Below are positions 49,152 through 63,024 of a stretch of 64,000 bases of DNA, piece after piece (the first letter of the stretch is position 1; every line of letters begins with the position of its first letter). The notes below the pieces were generated by a model, which did no database searches, had not been told where the DNA came from, and saw only the letters and a list, made by a program, of their open reading frames with translations. Source of the DNA: Perkinsus olseni (lineage: Eukaryota). Location of the stretch: NCBI GenBank assembly GCA_013115125.1, contig JABANN010000007.1, positions 1-64,000 of the forward strand. Reading direction: 5' to 3'. Made by a program: the position numbers and the translations under genes.

Positions 49152-51958
49152 TTAATGGTAGCCTAGAAGACTGCTTTGCCTACCGAGCGGCTTCGGTAGT
49201 GGAAATATTCGTGGTGTGATGCCGAGGACAGCCCTTAAGGTGCGGTACTGCCGCTGCCCTACATGGAACCAAACCATCCTTCTTCGTCGTACTGGCGCCC
49301 GTCTCGTGGCCGCCGGGACAACAACAATGCCGTTGCGCAGCTGTTCTTCCCTCCTCTCAAGCTCCCCTTCCGTCAGCCATGATCTCGATTTAGGTATCAA
49401 GGGGACAACCTTACTGGTCACAGCCCAGGCATTCTTCGCCCACTCCACAAATACTTCACTTGGTAGTTCAATGAGGATTCCTTGTCTATTCTGCGGACTC
49501 GTATACAGTCTAACCAACACGCGACCCTCTTCCCCCTCCGTCGAGTGGCCTCCAGAGTACGCACCTGCGACTATGCTCGCTTGTTGTTGTTCCACGAGCG
49601 TATCCTCGAGCATGACTGGCACCTCCCTCGGCAGCTCATTGCTATTCATAAGTTCACCCCCTCCCAGCATGGATTCTGTCGTGTAGTCCTCTCCTTCCCT
49701 CTCTCCCTCTAGGGCCCGCCATCTTATATTCTGCCCCAGACTGTCGTACCTCAGCCAACCATCTGCTGCTGGAGCAGCCCCTCCCCCGCTCATCTCCAAC
49801 AGGCCGTGCTCTGGCGGAGCCCCGCGTAGACGAACTGGCTCTATTTGGTCCCCATCGAAGCTCGGGTAGCGATTGCGATGACGGTCGACGGACGGTGGAT
49901 TGTGTCGCTGTCGTCTCCAGCTACTCCTACTGGTCGTCCCCCTCCTCCCGTTGCCTCTCACCTTACTTATCCCGGAGCCCCTCTTCCCCTTGGATAACGG
50001 AGTTCTTCCAGGCCCCGGCCCTCCTCTCACAGCAATGCTTGAATGGAGCTCCTCGGCAGGGACCTCATCCTCGATGCACCAAGAGCGTAACTCATTTGCA
50101 TCAGCGTTACTCATCCTGCTGCTGCCACTGTAGCTGCTGTCCGTTAATCGAACTTGTTCCTCTGTCGAGTCTCCCCATATTTCCCTTATCACCGCATCTG
50201 GCGCTGACAGCAGCTCGAGGCCCCACACCTCCGATATCTCCTCCGTCGTGGCATCCTGCTGCTGTGCTCCCCACTCCCGATATGCTAAGTGTTGCTCGGG
50301 TGTCTGAGTCCCCTCATCGTTGACAGTATATAGTCCCCGTGTATCAGTGTTCATCCCCACCTTCCCGGCCACTTCCCCACCGCAGGCAGTATCCCGAGTA
50401 CGTGGGCCCGGTGGCGTCTGCGTCATCGAGGATGCCATCTCAGTGTGGAGAGGATCGACCCCTCGGTGGGAATGTCGGACCTCGGGCGTCTGTGAGGAGC
50501 CAGTCCTTACGAGTAACTGCTCGTATTGCGATCCTGCCTCAGCCAACTTGAGGGCATCTTCTCCCAGTTGCACAGATCTATACTCAATGACAGGAGTTTG
50601 TGTTCCACCTTGTCGACTGGTAATCAGGTCTGTAGTATCCGTCGACCCTTGCCTTCTCATCACTATCGTTGTATTGCTCGACACGCTTCTGCTCTGAGTG
50701 GTAGGTGTCTGCGTGATGACCGTGTTACACTCGACCCGCGCACCGGCGTCCACCCCAGTATCTCGATACTGCATCGTAGGGGTCTGCGTATCAGCATGCT
50801 TCACATGGCCATAGTCAGGAGGTTGGTACCAGTTCTCGCTCCCCAAAAGCGGTATGTCATCTCCCACGAGATTCGTTCTTCGAATAATCAGCCTTGTCCC
50901 GTCGCCAATCAACTCTGGTGTGGTTCGGTAGTCCTGGCCAACTCCGGAGTCCTTCCTCGCTACGCGTGCGGTCTGACAGGACCCATCCACATGTTGCTTA
51001 GAACGCCGCTTTTTATCGTCCAGTGGATCAACATCATCAGCACAGGAACCTCTGCACCCACACATTGGGCAACACCCGTTCTCATCCTCATGAGCCCCTG
51101 CAACGATAGCGCCAATAATCAATTCTTCACATCCTCCAACCTCAGCTGGGGTTCGCGCACGAGGGCTCCACCCAAGTGGCGACGTGTTGGCGTTCAGTGT
51201 TCGCCAGCTTTCACTCCCTCTTGCTGGGGACTCAGCGACAGTGCTGGCTACCAGACTGTCTTGATTACCTGCCTCAGACCAACGTCGTTTCTCGTGACTT
51301 GAAATGTCTGTCTGAATCTCCTGACAGTGGGAGGCAGTCAGATCTCTTGAGTTGCACTGAGGGATGGTTATCGATATCTTTTGCTTACGGCCTTCCACGA
51401 AAGGGAAAGCCTTCGACGACACCTCTACCATCGGTGACTTCCACGCGGCTACTAGAGTGTCACATATCACAGCTTGATTCCTGTACCTAAAACCCACAAG
51501 AGATGCTCGCTCAAGTTAATGATAGAAGTCGAACGATCAAAGAGCCTCACTCTTTCTGTAATGCTAAAATTGCCAGCAAGAGTTCCGTTGTCTCCGTATC
51601 TCTGTCGGTATTATGCCGCCTGAACTTCCCTATTGCCGTCTTTTGCCGCCGTTCTAGCTTCGCTATCCTCTTGTACATCAATGACCTCTCCCTGGTCAAC
51701 AGCGCTATGGTCGCTGAATGCGAGGCTTCCGAAATAACTGGGTTCATGGAGGTGACCACAATATAGTCTGCACAGGGCACGCGTGTGATTCACAGATTCA
51801 CTAGAGTAGCCTTTCAATAACAGCAGAGAATGATAGTGTCCACGATGACTTAGTCTCGTCGCGTTGAAGCCTGCACGCATTGAGTACTCGTATCTTGCAC
51901 ACTTACGTTTCCTCAACGCGGTATTCCGTGGCGCTGCCATGCAACACAACCGTATCAT
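49152..51958 (-). CDS. Hypothetical disordered protein with multiple TQT motifs (781-codon last exon plus upstream exons)
   Basis: ORF 49152..51497 plus in-frame-looking exons at 51547-51780 and upstream; repeated xxTQTP. Confidence 0.8.
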
Positions 51959-52555
51959 CTTGTGATGCGCAGTTGAACCAAACTTACCAGAGAGCTAACT
52001 TCGAGTAACAGCTCATCGTATATATATACACGACAGGTTCTGTGGAAGCATGCCCTGGAGTATCCATAAACCGCAATAAGACGATCGGATCGTGAAGGCG
52101 CCCGCACAATTCATCAGGTTTTGCGACACCGTTTAGCTAAGGTCACGCGGTTTGAAGGCTATGACCCGCCGATTAATGCGGCATGTTGAATTCATCCTCT
52201 GCAGCTGACCATCGCCGGTCTAGATTCACTAGTATTCACCAGTCCACAGGGCAAGCTAGTTGCAGTGTGTGCTATGCTAGCGTGGCGCTAGGGCACTTTC
52301 GCAAACACATCGGCGAGTCTACAGACGCGGGGAGGATATACCTTCTGTTACAAGAACGGCGTTTTAAACGTGTTATGGAGTCTATTGCGTTAGCATGGGT
52401 GAAATTGTGTGGTAGGGGTTTGTAGATGCTCTTCGGATCGTCGAATGGTGTATAGGTTTGCAGAATGTATTTTACCGACTGAATGTTGTCACTGACAACT
52501 TGTCAGCCTTTTTCAATTTTCCCGTGAGAGCCTTTCTCATCTTCCTGCTGTAAAA

Positions 52556-53779
52556 ATGGTTTGTTGTGGGAAGACGACCTTGTACATACTGGGCCTCTTG
52601 ATCTTCGGCTCACTCAACACTATGTGCACCAAGCTGCAGTTTGAGATGACCTCGGTCGGTATCAATGGGGATGTCAAGCATTTCATGAAGCCCTGGTTCG
52701 GAACATTGACTATGTTTATGGGTATGTGTATCGTGCTTTTCATCCACTTCATCGACGTCTTTATCGACCGCGTGAAGGCTAAGAGACGCCATGGTGCGGG
52801 CTACGAAGCTCTCTTGCAGCAGCCGCAGAACCAGCAGAAGGCCGAGAATGCCGAGCCTAGTTTTTGGAAAGCCGGTATATTGATCTTGCTCCCAGCTATG
52901 TTCGATTTGATCGCCACGACTATGTCGTTCGTTGGTTTGCTGTATAACTCGGCATCTGTATGGCAGATGTTGCGAGGCTCTATGATCATTTTTTCTGCCA
53001 TATTTTCCGTTTGCTTCCTTGGTCGGAAGCTCTACGGCTATCATTGGTTTGGAGTCTTCATGTGCGTGGTCGCCATCTGCTTGGTAGGCATCGCAAATAT
53101 CATGTCCGGCTCGTCCGCTACGTCCCATGCTAGTACTGGTCTGATGGTCTTTGGAATGATTATGATCGTCGCCTCGCAGGTTATCCAGTCCCTTCAAATC
53201 GTAACTGAAGAGAAGCTCTTGAAAGGTTACACTATTGCACCCTTCCACATCGTTGGTATGGAGGGAGTTTGGGGTACCCTCATCTTGTTTATCCTCGTAT
53301 TTCCGCTGTTGTATGTCATTCCCGGCAAGGATGAAGGCTCTGCCGAGAATACGTTGGACACGATGGTTATGATTGAGAACAACAAAAATCTGCAGATTAT
53401 GGTCGGTGTTTACATTGTCTCTGTTTTCACCTACAATATGGCTGGAATGTTAGTAACTTATGCGCTTTCTGCAGTGCATCGGACCATGCTGGAGGCGACT
53501 AGAACTGCTGTTATCTGGGTCTGTGATCTGATAATCCAGTACTTCATTGCCCCTGGTTCTAACTTCGGTGAAGTGTGGACTGCGTGGTCTTGGCTCCAGC
53601 TTTTCGGCTTCCTCGTACTCGTGTTGGGTCAGGCTGTCTACTCTGACCTTGTCAAGGTTCCCGGCTTCTATTACCCACCAAAGCCGCAGGTTGTCGCGAT
53701 GATGAAGTCGCCTGCTAGCGTGCGGTGTAATGTCCCGGAGGTCGGCGAAGCCGTTACGGACGGAACTCGCCAGGGTTAA
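52556..53779 (+). CDS. SLC35F6-like DMT-superfamily transporter, intronless
   Basis: KPWFGT..MFMG, LPAMFDL, ASVWQMLRGS.IIF, EEKLL, VGMEG.WG, SAVHRTMLEATRT; ~10 TM helices. Confidence 0.9.
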   Translation: MVCCGKTTLYILGLLIFGSLNTMCTKLQFEMTSVGINGDVKHFMKPWFGTLTMFMGMCIVLFIHFIDVFIDRVKAKRRHGAGYEALLQQPQNQQKAENAEPSFWKAGILILLPAMFDLIATTMSFVGLLYNSASVWQMLRGSMIIFSAIFSVCFLGRKLYGYHWFGVFMCVVAICLVGIANIMSGSSATSHASTGLMVFGMIMIVASQVIQSLQIVTEEKLLKGYTIAPFHIVGMEGVWGTLILFILVFPLLYVIPGKDEGSAENTLDTMVMIENNKNLQIMVGVYIVSVFTYNMAGMLVTYALSAVHRTMLEATRTAVIWVCDLIIQYFIAPGSNFGEVWTAWSWLQLFGFLVLVLGQAVYSDLVKVPGFYYPPKPQVVAMMKSPASVRCNVPEVGEAVTDGTRQG

Positions 53780-54225
53780 GGGATGCTTACTGCAGTCCCT
53801 TTTGTGTTGTATAGGAAACTATTGTCTTCTCTACTTTGATAGCCCTGTCGAATTCAAAGTGCGAGCTCCATAATGTCGCTCGTAAGGAACTCGCGCATAG
53901 ACATAAGTTTATTGGTGATCACGAGAGGCTAATCTATGATGAGAGATGTTAACTCAGACGAGAAGCTGCTTCGCTTCTCTGCCCTGACTCTCCGTGTCTT
54001 CACCGTTTACACGAGTATCGAAGTTGTACTCGTTCAACTCGCTATTGTCGGTCTAGGCCGCAAGTACTATATCGGGATATTAGCGCAATTGTTGTGTTGT
54101 CAGTTGAGTTTGGTTGAGGATAGTGTGATTTCCAGCACTGAGTTCAGAACTAAACTGTTGGTGCTAAGAGTCATCACACCGGTCATACACCCATGCGACC
54201 AGTATTAGAAATATTCTCGGCTCGA

Positions 54226-56960
54226 TTAAACGCTTCGTCCTAGGTTGTAAGCCCACTTCCTCGTTGCGTTTATGATGTTCTCTAGCTCTCCTATCCGGAT
54301 CTGAGGAACAAGTCTCGGCATTAGACGCAACTCCATATTGATGTACATGTGCTTCTTCCAGCTCCTTCTGCACAATGTGTATCTTATCGTAGTATATATC
54401 GCAACAGGATGTTTCTTGCTCCAGTCTAGAAAGAGAAGGACTATCACTGGACTTCAAAGCTAGCCTAAGTTTTAGCCCACCCCGAGTCTACCTGTATAAC
54501 CGCTTGAGGCAGTCTTTCTGTCTTTCTGCGTTCACCAATCTGTCCCATAGTTCGCGCCGTGTGTAAGCACTCTGAGCCGAGCGGCTACTGACAAGCTTTC
54601 ATCGATGTGACTCACATATTCACACGCTTCGCAAAATTGCGACGGTGAGAGCGACTTGCTCCGTATCATTCCTGAAAACAGTGAACTTGAGACTACTAGA
54701 GCCGCTGCGGCAATGGATGGTCTGTTGTCCCGGGAGCTCGTGCAGCGTGCGAATGTCAAGTTAAGCATCAGTTCCATGTGTAACACGATAGTAAGAGCTT
54801 GTCAGAAACGCGCGAATCTCGATACAAGATCATGTTGGTCTTCAACTACTCGTCTGAGCTGGGCTCATACCAGCGACGCGTCGGCTGAGGCGCTTTCCCT
54901 CTTGGCGAGCAGCTAAGCGAGCTGCCTTCTCCAGCCCTTGGCACCGCTCCGATACCTCTCGGCGCACCATATGCAGAGTAACCTGAATTGAATGGCAGAG
55001 TTCAACTACCACTCGAGGAATGTCCTACGGCAGTGAGACTACAGCTGTGTCTCACCTTGTTTTTGAGGTATTCCGTCAGATTCCCCGGCTGGAAGTGTGC
55101 GGCGATATACCGCTTACGCCATCTATGAAGGAACTTCTCTCCCTGCCGCCTGATCCTTTTGGGTGCGAATGGTGGCAGGCCATCCGTCCAGGAACCACCC
55201 TATGGCAAAGGAGAGGTAAATCATGCATTTGGAGATACACGTGGCAATACGGTGAGGTTGTGCTCGGTCTACAACTAAAAAATCACACAGTAAGAAGTGA
55301 AAATAAACGGTTAGGACGCTGAAGGATTCCACCCTTTCGAAGGATGCGGCGCCTTGAACAACATGTTCGGGACAAACTCGAGAAGAGGCAGTTCGTTTGA
55401 GCCATTCAATAACAAGCAAGTAACCCTCAGGTATACCACCCTGGCTCTAAGGGCTCAGACGTATAGTCTTCGTGGGCGTGAGCGATCGGCGACAGCCTTG
55501 AAACGACATGAAAAGGAGTGAACATGAACATACCCTTCGAACATGGAACTTGAGCTTCTGTGCTGCCATGTACGGTAAGGCTGCATCTCTGGCGTCCATC
55601 CGAAACTTGTCTAGATTCTCTTTGAACTGCTCAGTTCGGTGTGTGTACTAGAAAAACAAAAACATCGTCCAGATTATTCCTGAGGGCCGACTGCCCTACT
55701 TCAGCGTGCCATTGAACGAAATGGTCATCCAACTCATCCCACGATATACCATGAGATGATGACAACTTCCACAATGCATCCAATCTAGCTCTGAGTCAAA
55801 CAGACAGCACTGTGCACACGGGAGGAGGGGGTCTGCTGCGATCTGCTTCGGAATCGGCTCACCTATTCCTGCCAATCTGTGCCTTCACTAACGGCGATGG
55901 CTCAGTTTTATTGGTTTGTGATGCGAGGGGCGTGAATGGCTCAGCCCTGGCCATCTCAAGAGAGGGGTTCGGCCACATAGGATGCGCCAAGGACGGCGCC
56001 GCGTCGCCTTTCCATGACGATGATAAAACCTGTCCTGTGACAGGAGCCTCTTGAAGCCCCATCCGCTCAAATCTGACAACGACATGAGATTAGGTAAAGT
56101 GATGCCAAGGACTTGAGACCTACTCAAGGTCCACCCATTCGTCCTGAGGCACGAGGGGTTGCCGAAGCTTCCAAAGTGGAGATTCCTCGAAGTCCACTGG
56201 CCGTGGAGGGAGGGGAGCTGTCTGAGCCCTCGCGGTACCGAATGCGCGTGCTGACTGAAACCACTGTCGAGCGAGAATGTCCGACACTTGCTGCCGAGTA
56301 AGGAGCATTGTAGAAAAAACTTTGGGAGCAAGAAGCTTGTACTGGGCAACTGCCAACCAATGCGTAGTCAACACAATGTTTACGCCGAAGCTTAATTTTT
56401 GAAGACGTCTGAAATATGTGGGAGAATGGGCAGCAGCGCAGAGAACAGGAGGAGGCCTCATCCGCTTTCCTCGCTGTGACTTGAGCTGACCCTAGCTCGG
56501 CCATTTGGTCTATCCCGAACTATCCCAACTTCAAGGTCTCTCAAACTCATGAGATTCCGCAACTCTGACGAATGTGTAGTGCGATTCGACGGCGCATCGG
56601 CCCTACTGAATGGCCAACGGCACCGAAGGACCTGGGCTATCAAGTTTGGAACCAAAGGACCATAGTACTGATCACCTCCGCGAAGTAGGGCCTTGCTGCC
56701 TCTGCCCGTCGCAAGTCCAACTCTCGTTGACACTCCTCGAGCTCGGACTAAGATGGCGACATATGCCCGCTGTCAATGCACCCAACGATTCCATCGACCC
56801 ACTTCAATACGAAGGCGACCTCGTTGGGCCTCTCTGAGTTGCTCTATTAACCTTTCGACCACTTCGGATACTCTTCTGCTGATCATAACACCGTCCTGTG
56901 GTGATGCGTCATGGGGCACTGCCGCCGCTGCCGTGTCTGAGGGCGGCCGTACTTCAAGTT
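54226..56960 (-). CDS. Hypothetical multi-exon coding region (continuation of the 63024 gene, or a separate gene)
   Basis: Many short minus-strand exons bounded by GT/AG; coiled-coil end ..VQKELEEAH..KWAYNLGRSV*. Confidence 0.45.
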
Positions 56961-59900
56961 GAACTGTCGAAGACGTGGTTCCTACCTATCCTCTCGACTT
57001 CGTCATTCATGCTGTACACGTTGGCGCTACTTGGCGCACGGGCAGGATGGTTATTTCTATCGAGGGAGGAGCGGCGTTTAGGGAGGAACTCCTCGTCCTC
57101 GGTGTACCTACTCCTTATACGTCCCAAAGGGTGTGAAGAAAGTAGAATACCATGCCATTTCAGGGTCTGGGCTGCCGGGCACTGAGCTATGAGCTGAGGA
57201 AACCCCCGTTGGGATGCTGCCGCCAAAGGATGCCTGCCGGAAACAGACAACGAGTGGCAAGAGCTGCAGCACGATGTACTGACGATAGCGATCGTGAAGT
57301 GATGATACCTGTGGCGGAGGCCCCAGAGTGGTGGAATAGGTCAAGCCCTGACTGCTGAGTGAAGCCTTGTGTAGGGCTGCTAATATATTGTTGAAGTATA
57401 GCTGCTGATCGGCCAGTACAGACTCTAGTGTTGAGCTCTGCATCTTGGAGAGGTCTTCAGCTGTGGCATCTTCGACGGCGGCCGCGGCACTGACATCATG
57501 CTCCATCAGCCGGCTACCAGCGAGTGCTTGTACGGATTACCGCAGCGTATCGAGCTCGGCCGTCGCCGAATCATGGCGTTCCTGGAGGCTCGCAAGCTCA
57601 TCCTTCGCCTCTGAGAGCCTCGCCTGCATCTGAGCCTTCTCCGAGGTATACTGAGCGAGAACTCAGTAACTAAAATCTGTGACCCAACGCCCTACCGCAG
57701 TCTCCAAGGTTCGTCGGAGGCCTTCCATCTCACTGGCGTTCGCCACTCTAATCTGCTCCTTCTCAGCCTCCCGTGCGGAAGTTTCCTCCTCAATGTGTGA
57801 TCTGAGCAACAAAGCCTATCTCTGCACCTACTTCACTTCTAACAGTCTCACTTCAAATCAGCGACCTCCGATTCTCTCGCAGAAAGGCATGCTTTGAGGT
57901 CCTCCACCGCGTGGGCGGGTCCCGCTACATCATCGAGCTTTCGCTCCGAGTCAGCAAGGGCCTGGGATATCATGGGGAACGCGGCATGTTGCTTTTCTAA
58001 ACACCTTCTTGCTGATCTCCAGATCAATCTGCTGCTGATCAGTTCTCTTACGAAGTGCCTCTATTTCTTCAAGTTGTCGGATCCCCTCGGCCCTAGCTTT
58101 CTCGTGCATTGCTCGCAACTCCTGTGTGTGCATAAAGCCATTAGGGATGACAGTGAGAGAGCTCAACGTACGGCTTCGCTGGATTCAAAGCTCTGGACGC
58201 GCTGCTCTAGATCGGCAGATCTGCTCGATAACCTCGCATTTTCTTCCTCATAAGCCGCTACAGCCTTGGCCTTGGATGCGAGCTCCTGATCCATGGAACT
58301 AGCTGTGCTCCCGACCGAACGGATGCTGAGCATCGTGAGATTGTATCACACATCCTAGGCGCGTTCTCCGCCACCCGGTAGAGCTGCTCAGGGGCTGCCA
58401 TTGCTCTCGGCGACCCTGCTCACCCAGGACTCCATGCCCAGCTCACTTCTGCTTGCTCATCCCGAATTTTCTTGCTCTCCTCAAGCGCTGCTCTCGTCTG
58501 TAATAGCTCTTTCTCGACCTTCAGGCCATGTGCTAGCTGTGATCTGATACCCTTCATCTCCTCCTTGTGTCGCTGGATCTGAGGGTATAGGATGAGAGCC
58601 CAGGGTGTGGTCCATGATGCTCATCGTGGCGATACTTCGTTGTCGGCAGTCCGTAGCTTCTCTTCCATAGCTTCCTTTTGTGCAGCCTTTTCTGTTGATA
58701 ACTTCTCAAGCTCCTCTGCATGGGTCCTATTCCCTACGATAACGGCTTCTTCAAGCCTCGATTTCGCAGATGTGAGCTCGACTAACTGCGATTGTAGGTT
58801 CGCAAGCTCGAGCCTGAGTTACAACGTCGTACGAGCCTACGCGCCGGAGAGCTTCGAGATCCTGAAGCACTTCCGCTGTTCCAACTCCTCTTCCTGCTGT
58901 TCATTGCGATCCTTCAGCTGTCTGATGTTACTCTCGGCCTCGGCGGCAGTGTTCTTGAGGCCTTCGATCGCTGCTGTGTCCTGAGAGGACTTTTGGTGTA
59001 TGTATTGGGCTCCGAATACACACCGCGTGTGATTGCTAACTGGCTCCACATGTCGCCATGTGTCCGGTCAGCAACCCACACTTTCGACGACACCTCCAAA
59101 TCTTATTCATTTGCCAGCTCGACTCGACTATTTATGGCCGGCAAATCAGGGAGAACCCTGTGGAGCACACACTCACGGCTTGTAGCTGGGCTATCCGGAC
59201 TTGACACTCTTTGAGTTCCTGCTGAGATTGCGCACTCTGCTCTTCTTGTTCTCTCAGTTGGCACCGTAGCTGCTGGCATAGAGCTGCATCTCTCTCAGCC
59301 ACCTGAACTCAGGAGAGGGGTATGAAGTTGACACCGTCAACCATACAATACCTACACTACGATCATAATATTCGAAAAAAGAGAGATCGACGAGCGGGGG
59401 CCGGCTAGAAAGACAATGGATTCGGAATAATCCCCGATCCTGCGCACCTGCTGGAAGCTTTCAGCCCGGGCTGATGTTTCCTCTAGTGACAGTTGTAGCT
59501 GCTCGACTCGGGACTCCAAACGGGCGGTTCTGCTACGCTGTTCTTCCACGAGATGTTCTTGTTTCCTTGCTTCCTGAAATAGGCCATGAAGCACGAGCTA
59601 GCCTGCTCTGTAAACCGCAAACCCAGTCAGCTTATCGAGTCTGCTCACAAAGCGAGAATTTTAACATGTAATCGAACGCCAAGTATGACTCATCCTGTAT
59701 GAGGCAACACAACACAGGAAATGGTGATGCGACGCTGTTCATTGCCACAACGGCAAAGTCAACAAGATTTGAGTGACAGGCAGTTTGATTGATAGGCAAG
59801 TGACAGAATCTCGTCGACGATCTCATCCTAGCTATGCCACCGCTTCCGCGTACAGTGCTAGATCCACCAGCGGTGAGTGACTGAGCTAGTTTGGCATTAT

Positions 59901-62900
59901 GACTCGTAATTCACGATGTTCCAATTTAGATAGTTTGACTTGAGCCAAGATGCCTATATCTCCAGTAGAGATTCTCCATCTCAGATCCCTCTGGAATCTT
60001 GTGATAATTTCGAGGTACAAATCGAGTGTCAGACTCTTCCAACTGGAGGAGTCCGCTGTCATCCGCACAGCCTCGGTCCTCTGGACAAGAGTGTCCGGTG
60101 CATCGATTGGTGATCGGGGCCTGCTTCGCATCGAACGGTGATTGAGCCCTTCTAATGTACATAGGAAAGAAACTAACCTACGGCCCACCGATAAGGCAAC
60201 CGAGGCTCCTCAAGTCAGCCGAAGCAAACACAGTCGGCCACGTCGAATGCTCTTGCTGCGGCTCAAACTCGGCTCATTGTGCTGGACTCAGAGTGCAGTC
60301 ACTCGAGCGGCTATATGAATGTAGAGTGCGTGGGGTACATGAATGTCGAATACGGAGGTGAAGTAGAGCTTTCTGGCGAGTTGAGTTGATAAAGCGTCAT
60401 CGGGCCAGCATACGTGATGAGATTTTCCTTAAAACCAGCAAAGGAGCGCGTGAAAAATCGACGGCTAATACATATGCTCTCCGGCGAGAAATGCCCTCGA
60501 CGGGTCGAAGCTTAATGAGCTCTGCCGCCATGGAGACGAAGTCAAGAATTTCCAAAATCGGATTTTGGCGACCACTCTGCTTCGCCCCTGGAGGAAGCGG
60601 CATCCATTCTCACCTCATCTCGAGTGTGCAGTGCAGTGCTCAGTTCGCTAGCTCGCGTAGTGAGCGCAGCAACTTCGGCCTTCAAGTGGGGTACTGCTCG
60701 CGCTTGTTCCTGTAATCCCTCGATCCTCTCACGGTAATCTGATACCTAGGAACAACGCATGGGAGGCGTGGTAGTGAACTTAACTCCACACCACAGTCAC
60801 GAAACGCAAAAACGCGGTCACGAAGGTCGCTCTCCGGTCCCTTTGACTTTAGGCTATGCTCACTTGGAGTGTGGTACGCGCTATGATTCGCAAGATATTC
60901 CTGGAATTACAATTTGTAGCCGTTACAACGTAACGTCTAATCTCGGACAGTAATGATGACTAAGCATCACGGTTGACAGTATCATTGCTCTTCTCACGGA
61001 TTATTTACAAGCTTATCTTCCTGCTGTCTGAGCGCTCCAGTATCCTCAGCTAACCGACGCAGCTCACCAACTTCTGATTTCGCTTCCGCTGCAGCTTCCC
61101 TGAGAGATGCACAAATGAAAAAGACCACGTTGACGTGGGTCCAAGTGAATACCACCATACCAACGAGTATTCAGACACTCGTCAGTGTGGAGTACGTTAT
61201 ACAGAACTATGGCCATTGTCTGTAAGGCTTACCTTAAGCCATTCATTTCGCTCTCCCGCATGGACAGTTCGTTCTCGAGCTGTGCAATGCGTGTAGCTGA
61301 TACTTCGGCCTCCGCTTTTGATTTCTAGGAGAGAATGAATTCCATGATACTCAACGAAAAAGTCGTTACTCTCTCCAGCTCTTTCAAAGAGTGGTCAAGC
61401 TGAGCAAGCCTCTCCCTCTCGTTGGTGTTGGTGCTTGCGCCAATTTCCAGACTTTCCAGCTTCAGATTCAGCTCACCTATTACTTTAGCCTGCGACTCCA
61501 CCTAAGAGACAGTACTCTTAAAGTCGATGACGCTGTGGCAATGCCGCAGGGCAGGGAGGCGCTTACCGTTGACGAGAGCTCGACACTGCGAGACTTCTCT
61601 TGTGCGAGCTCGTCCTTAACAATATCTACCGCAATTTCTTTCTCAGCCTGAGCGTCTCGTAACCGCTGTTCCAGGAGAAAGACTTTCTCGCCGAGTGGTG
61701 TCCCGTCCTGAAGTACGCGAAGCATACGGTAAGGTTGACACACACGTGGGTCGCCAATGATGATGCTCATCCCTCAGAAGCTTCGGAGTCAAGTAACAAC
61801 TCCATGCGGCCCTCGCTATGGCTATGAAGCCTATGATGCACATGGTGGCCAAACCGACAGGTCCTTACTCCGCCAGGTAATGGGGCGGCCTTGTGGGATA
61901 CTACGGAAGGCGAAGAGGCAACCAGAGTCGGGCCTACAAAGACTCATGCAATGCGACAGTCAACGTTTTGGATGCCGTGGATAGCGTAGAATACTAAGAG
62001 GTAACTACATGGTAGACTACTCTCGATATCATTGGTGCTCATGCTGGTGTTGTATGGGTCCTTATCCAGAGCAGGGTCACTCAACTCTTGGGGCGTGCCT
62101 GTTCTCGTTACCTAAATAGGGCCGTGATGCATCCAACGCCCCCTTGAACTTGATACTATATTGCTCACAAGGCACTCAGTAACGAGTACGCACCTGTGAG
62201 CTGCTCGGCTGAGTGACAACATCTTCGGCCACGAGGTCCTCCATGTCTAGCAGATTCACACACTTGAACATACCAACATTCTGAAGTTGGCGACAGTCTG
62301 CAATAAGTACAGCTCATGATTGAGATGCCGCTTACACTGGGGGGTCTCAACGCTGGTTCGGATTGTTGCCGTGCCCTAAGGGCTTCACCAGAGAAGAATT
62401 TGAAGTCGTCATCCTCATCATCGACGTCATGTTGATCAGGCAAGTCGAACGTTGTGGCTGATTGGGACTGACCTGGAGTTGGAGCAAAGCGATAGGAACC
62501 GAGGATACCGAGGATCATCCACGACCCTCGACCCCGGCGACTAAGACCGACTCCAAGCTAACCTTCACGAGACTCACCCATGACCGGCCTCAGCGTTGGT
62601 GAGCTCGCCGGCGGTGCCCCAGAGAAGAACCTACAAAGGAGACGCTGTGTATATTCTCATTGCAAGGGTTGGAGGGAAGAAGAGTGGATGCCCAGGTAAT
62701 CTACCAGTCATCCTTGGACTGCTGTGCTGCTTTCTTTTTTGCTAATAAAGCATTACGTTTCTCCTCCTTCAGTTGCTTGGCGGATACGCCAACCGGAGAG
62801 GCTTTCGGAACCGGCGAAGCTTTTTTCCGGAATTGAGCCAACAGTCCCTGGAACAGACCTACTCCACGGCTAAGGCCCATCCTCTCTGATAGTGGTATTA

Positions 62901-63024
62901 CCTCATCAATTATCCCTTCATGATAGTTCCACAGTAATCCACAATCTCGACATTTCTCCTTCTTAAACGTATTAGATACAAACTGAGTACACCCTTGTGT
63001 ATTAGGCTGAAGGGCCTGATCCAT
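56961..63024 (-). CDS. Long coiled-coil protein with an N-terminal Cx..FKKEKCxxC..H motif, multi-exon (3' extent uncertain)
   Basis: MDQALQPNTQGCTQFVSNTFKKEKCRDCGLLWNYH, followed by numerous E/K/R/L/Q heptad exons. Confidence 0.7.
59939..59956 (-). other. Relict spliced-leader fragment TAGGCATCTTGGCTCAAG
   Basis: 17/18 match to the 3' 18 nt of the SL consensus. Confidence 0.6.
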
